DNA of 64,000 nucleotides from Nitrospirota bacterium (GTDB lineage Bacteria; Nitrospirota; UBA9217): NCBI GenBank assembly GCA_963663225.1, contig OY760142.1, positions 1,019,740 to 1,083,739 of the forward strand, read 5' to 3'. Shown piece by piece: positions 61,285 to 64,000 of this stretch (position 1 is its first letter; each line of letters starts with the position of its first letter). The notes under the pieces were generated by a model. It saw only the letters and a program-made list of their open reading frames with translations, ran no database searches and was not told where the DNA came from. The position numbers and the translations under genes were made by a program.

Positions 61285-61314
61285 TTGACTGTAAATCTTT
61301 TTTCATGGTACTCT
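61285..61314 (+). promoter_or_regulatory. Candidate sigma70 promoter of the diguanylate cyclase
   Basis: TTGACT, 18 nt spacer, TACTCT, with an extended TG. Confidence 0.5.
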
Positions 61315-61452
61315 TTTATAGTATTTTCCTATGGACCTTTTTTATTGGATCGTTTTTTCCCACAGACTTGTTGCTGAGTATTGAGTCTTACGCATTCTGC
61401 AGTTTTATTGTTCATCTATCCTTGTCATAACGCTTGCTGGGGGGCGGCAAAA

Positions 61453-62385
61453 ATGGCAAAAGCTAAGATTTTGTACGTTGAAGACAGCAATACACAGGGA
61501 ATGATAACAAAAAAATTTCTGGAGGAGAGCGGCTACGCCGTAACGTGGGTCGTTGACGGCTCGTCTGCGCTCCGCCAGGCGCAGAGAGAACTCTTTGATG
61601 TCGTCCTGCTCGACTGCATGCTGCCGGACATGGATGGAAACGACGTGTGCATGCAGCTTAAGCACGACCATAGTACCAGAGGCGTTCCGGTCATCATGGT
61701 TACTGCAAAGGATGCCCTCTGCGATAAAATCAACGGCTTGGAATCAGGAGCAGATGATTATCTGGCCAAGCCCTATGATGAGTACGAGCTGAGGGCCCGT
61801 TTGTATGCTGCATTGAGGACGAAACGCCTTCAGGACGAGTTGATCCAAAAAAACAACGAAATGCGGGACATGCTGAGCAAGGTTGAGATGTTGTCGGTTA
61901 CCGATCCCTTGACGCAGCTTTTCAACAGAAGACGGTTTGAGGATGTTCTGGCGGCCGAATTTAAAAAAGCCAAACGATATGCAACGCATCTCAGCTGCAT
62001 CATGATCGACATCGATTTTTTTAAATCCATCAATGATACGTACGGCCACACGGTCGGCGACGTCGTACTGAAGGAAATAGCCATAATAATAGAACAATGC
62101 ATCAGGACTGTTGACACCGCCTGCCGTTGGGGAGGCGAGGAATTTATCGTGCTGACGCCGATGACGTCAAAGGCATTTGCCATTCAGCCCGCCCGCAGAA
62201 TCTGGAATTCGGTGTCCAGCTACGTGTTCCCTTCCATGAGCGGCAGAACAGTAACAATCAGCGCAGGAATAGCGGACGCCGCAAGCGCCTCTATCGACAC
62301 TCCGGACAAGCTCATTCATGAGGCAGATCTGGCATTATATCAGGCAAAGAAGGCGGGAAGAAACCGGATAGAGATCCAGAATTAG
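61453..62385 (+). CDS. Response-regulator diguanylate cyclase (REC-GGDEF)
   Basis: REC with VLLDCMLP and AKP; DPLTQLFNRR; DIDFFKSINDTYGH; I-site RTVD; GGEEF. Confidence 0.95.
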   Translation: MAKAKILYVEDSNTQGMITKKFLEESGYAVTWVVDGSSALRQAQRELFDVVLLDCMLPDMDGNDVCMQLKHDHSTRGVPVIMVTAKDALCDKINGLESGADDYLAKPYDEYELRARLYAALRTKRLQDELIQKNNEMRDMLSKVEMLSVTDPLTQLFNRRRFEDVLAAEFKKAKRYATHLSCIMIDIDFFKSINDTYGHTVGDVVLKEIAIIIEQCIRTVDTACRWGGEEFIVLTPMTSKAFAIQPARRIWNSVSSYVFPSMSGRTVTISAGIADAASASIDTPDKLIHEADLALYQAKKAGRNRIEIQN

Positions 62386-62547
62386 CGCGCAGGTATGCCA
62401 CGTCGGCAGCATCCAGAATGGCCGCACCTGTGCCTGAACCCTTTTGTGCAACCGATTTCGGCGGTAAAAACTGTGCTTGTCCGTGCTTGTAACGCGCGTG
62501 CGTTTTTCAGCACATCAGGCAACCAGTAAGCAGGCGACTATATACAC

Positions 62548-63273
62548 ATGAATATCATTGCAATAGGCGGCGGCAACCTGCGAAAAAAAGAAACGCTCGC
62601 TATCGATCAATGCATCGTCAAGCTCTCCAAAAAACGCTCTCCCCGTGTTCTGTTTATTCCTACGGCAAGCGGTGATTCAAAAAATTACTGCACTACATTC
62701 GACGCTGTTTACCGGGACCTGCTGGGGTGCAAAACGGACCATCTGCTTCTGTATTGCAGACCGCAAGACCGGGCCGTGGCAACTGAAAAAATCCGCGCTG
62801 CTGATATCATCTATGTGGGAGGAGGAAATACCCTCCGCATGATGAAGCTCTGGCGGCGCATCGGGCTGGACGCCCTTCTGATCAAAGCGGCGAATCAGGA
62901 AAAAATTCTGGCCGGCTTAAGCGCCGGAGCAATTTGCTGGCATGCAGGGGGCCACTCTGATTCGAGGTCTTTTTCCGGAAGAAAAAAGTGGTCTTATATT
63001 AAAGTGCGGGCGCTCGGCATCCGACCCGGGTTGTTTTGTCCGCATCTGGATGCTGAAAAACGCCATGCTTCTTTTAAAAAAATGATAGCCGGAACGGCCA
63101 TGACAGGCATTGCGTGTGACAACAGGGCCGCAGTCTGGTACCATGATACAGGGGCGACATGCTTGACCGCAGGCAGAAAGGCATGTGTTCATATTTATAC
63201 CCTTCAGGACGGCCGTGTATTACAAAAAAAATTCAAAAACGGCGAACGTATAGTTTTTCAACAAAACACCTAG
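62548..63273 (+). CDS. Peptidase E (S51 family)
   Basis: IAIGGG, FIPTASGD, YVGGGNT, GLSAGAICW, PHLD. Confidence 0.9.
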   Translation: MNIIAIGGGNLRKKETLAIDQCIVKLSKKRSPRVLFIPTASGDSKNYCTTFDAVYRDLLGCKTDHLLLYCRPQDRAVATEKIRAADIIYVGGGNTLRMMKLWRRIGLDALLIKAANQEKILAGLSAGAICWHAGGHSDSRSFSGRKKWSYIKVRALGIRPGLFCPHLDAEKRHASFKKMIAGTAMTGIACDNRAAVWYHDTGATCLTAGRKACVHIYTLQDGRVLQKKFKNGERIVFQQNT

Positions 63274-63367
63274 AAAACTTGACAAAGACTTTACAAGCAA
63301 TCTTTGTTCTTCTTTATTGCAAACCGTTGTTGCAGCCTTGCCTTTGTCCATTTCTTTTTGGCCATTC

Positions 63368-63547
63368 ATGAAAAACAACAAAGAAAAAATAACCTGCCTT
63401 TCCTGCCGTCACTTTTATGTAACGTGGGACAAGGATTTTCCAAACGGGTGCTCGGCAATGGGTTTTAAATCGAAGCAAGCCCCCTCAGTCGCCGTTTATA
63501 AATGCTCGGGAATGGTCTGCCTGCAGTTCGAAAAAAAGAATAGCTAG
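63368..63547 (+). CDS. Small Cys-rich putative Zn-binding protein
   Basis: CLSCRHFYVTWD..FPNGC..MGFKS...PS..V...SG..C..FEKK pattern; 59 aa. Confidence 0.7.
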   Translation: MKNNKEKITCLSCRHFYVTWDKDFPNGCSAMGFKSKQAPSVAVYKCSGMVCLQFEKKNS

Positions 63548-63766
63548 TCTTTTGCTTATATTCAGACATCTGCAATACCCTGATTTCCTTCCGAAAAGGC
63601 ATACGCGCTCACAACACATGCTGCCGCATAACAAATTCTAATACTTTTCATGTATTCGTAACTAAGCAGAATTCGGACCGTCTGCTAAAGATTTAATCAC
63701 AAATACCGATAGAATAGACACAAAGGGGAATCTGCCCCGAATAGTTCTGAATACCGGGAGATACCT

Positions 63767-64000
63767 GTGTTTCAAGTCATCGGGTTTCGCCTCCAGAATG
63801 AGGAATACGCGGTACCCATTCTGAAAGTCCGCGAAATAATCGGGATGCTGCCGATTACAGTCTTGCCCAATTTACCTGAATACTTTGAAGGCATGACGAA
63901 CATCCGCGGCAGCGTCATCCCGATCATAAACTTAAAACGGCTCATGCATCTGCCGGAAAACGGCGATCCTGCCGCTAAAATAATCGTCATCACCTGCAGA
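63767..64000 (+). CDS. cheW: Chemotaxis coupling protein CheW, runs off the window end
   Basis: GGGAG then GTG 63767: FQVIGFRLQNEEYAVPILKVREII...GMTNIRGSVIPIINL. Not in the supplied ORF track. Confidence 0.9.
   Translation, partial: MFQVIGFRLQNEEYAVPILKVREIIGMLPITVLPNLPEYFEGMTNIRGSVIPIINLKRLMHLPENGDPAAKIIVITCR

Noticed and set aside
63550-63766. c-di-GMP riboswitch upstream of cheW
   Set aside because: No GEMM-type GNRA tetraloop/receptor signature; only a short AGCAGA/TCTGCT hairpin.
275-63993. Many 60-300 aa ORFs in the supplied track that overlap called genes (e.g. 39713-40636, 44300-45199, 50817-51689, 31929-32684)
   Set aside because: Shadow frames of well-supported genes, with no motifs or ribosome-binding sites of their own.
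1-64000. CRISPR array, tRNA/rRNA genes, transposase, integrase or prophage genes
   Set aside because: No regularly spaced short repeats, cloverleaf or rRNA signatures, or mobility-gene motifs were seen by eye.

Overview
64 kb of bacterial chromosome. Gene content (tungsten-type AOR, ferredoxins, MCP/CheW, hybrid kinases, c-di-GMP proteins) suggests an anaerobic Gram-negative organism, plausibly Nitrospirota- or Desulfobacterota-like (inference only). Most of the window is housekeeping, signalling and transport: coaD, rsmD, nfeD-SPFH, gpsA, larB, larC, nadE, rsmI, ettA, ppnP, two P-type ATPases, TerC. No rRNA, tRNA, CRISPR array, transposase or integrase was seen. The standout is a minus-strand accessory locus at about 27.2-35.4 kb. 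It encodes a CsgG-like lipoprotein, a 1124-aa beta-propeller/Ig-repeat surface protein, and a tandem two-gene cassette: partner A1 plus a truncated phospholipase C/P1-nuclease-fold gene B1, then partner A2 plus full-length B2. In the cassette, two conserved DNA blocks (224 bp at about 95% and 235 bp at about 98% identity) flank a divergent, AT-rich segment spanning the 3' half of A and the 5' end of B. One in-frame recombination would swap which A/B pair is used. Other notable items: a yybP-ykoY Mn2+ riboswitch with an overlapping terminator ahead of a P2A ATPase, three tandem pseudo-receiver-PilZ paralogs, a GNAT-TraB/GumN-GNAT trio, a MenK-like radical SAM enzyme, larBC next to nadE, a divergent orphan AcsE-like gene, and several apparently leaderless genes. 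All family calls come from motif recognition by eye; no database search was run.
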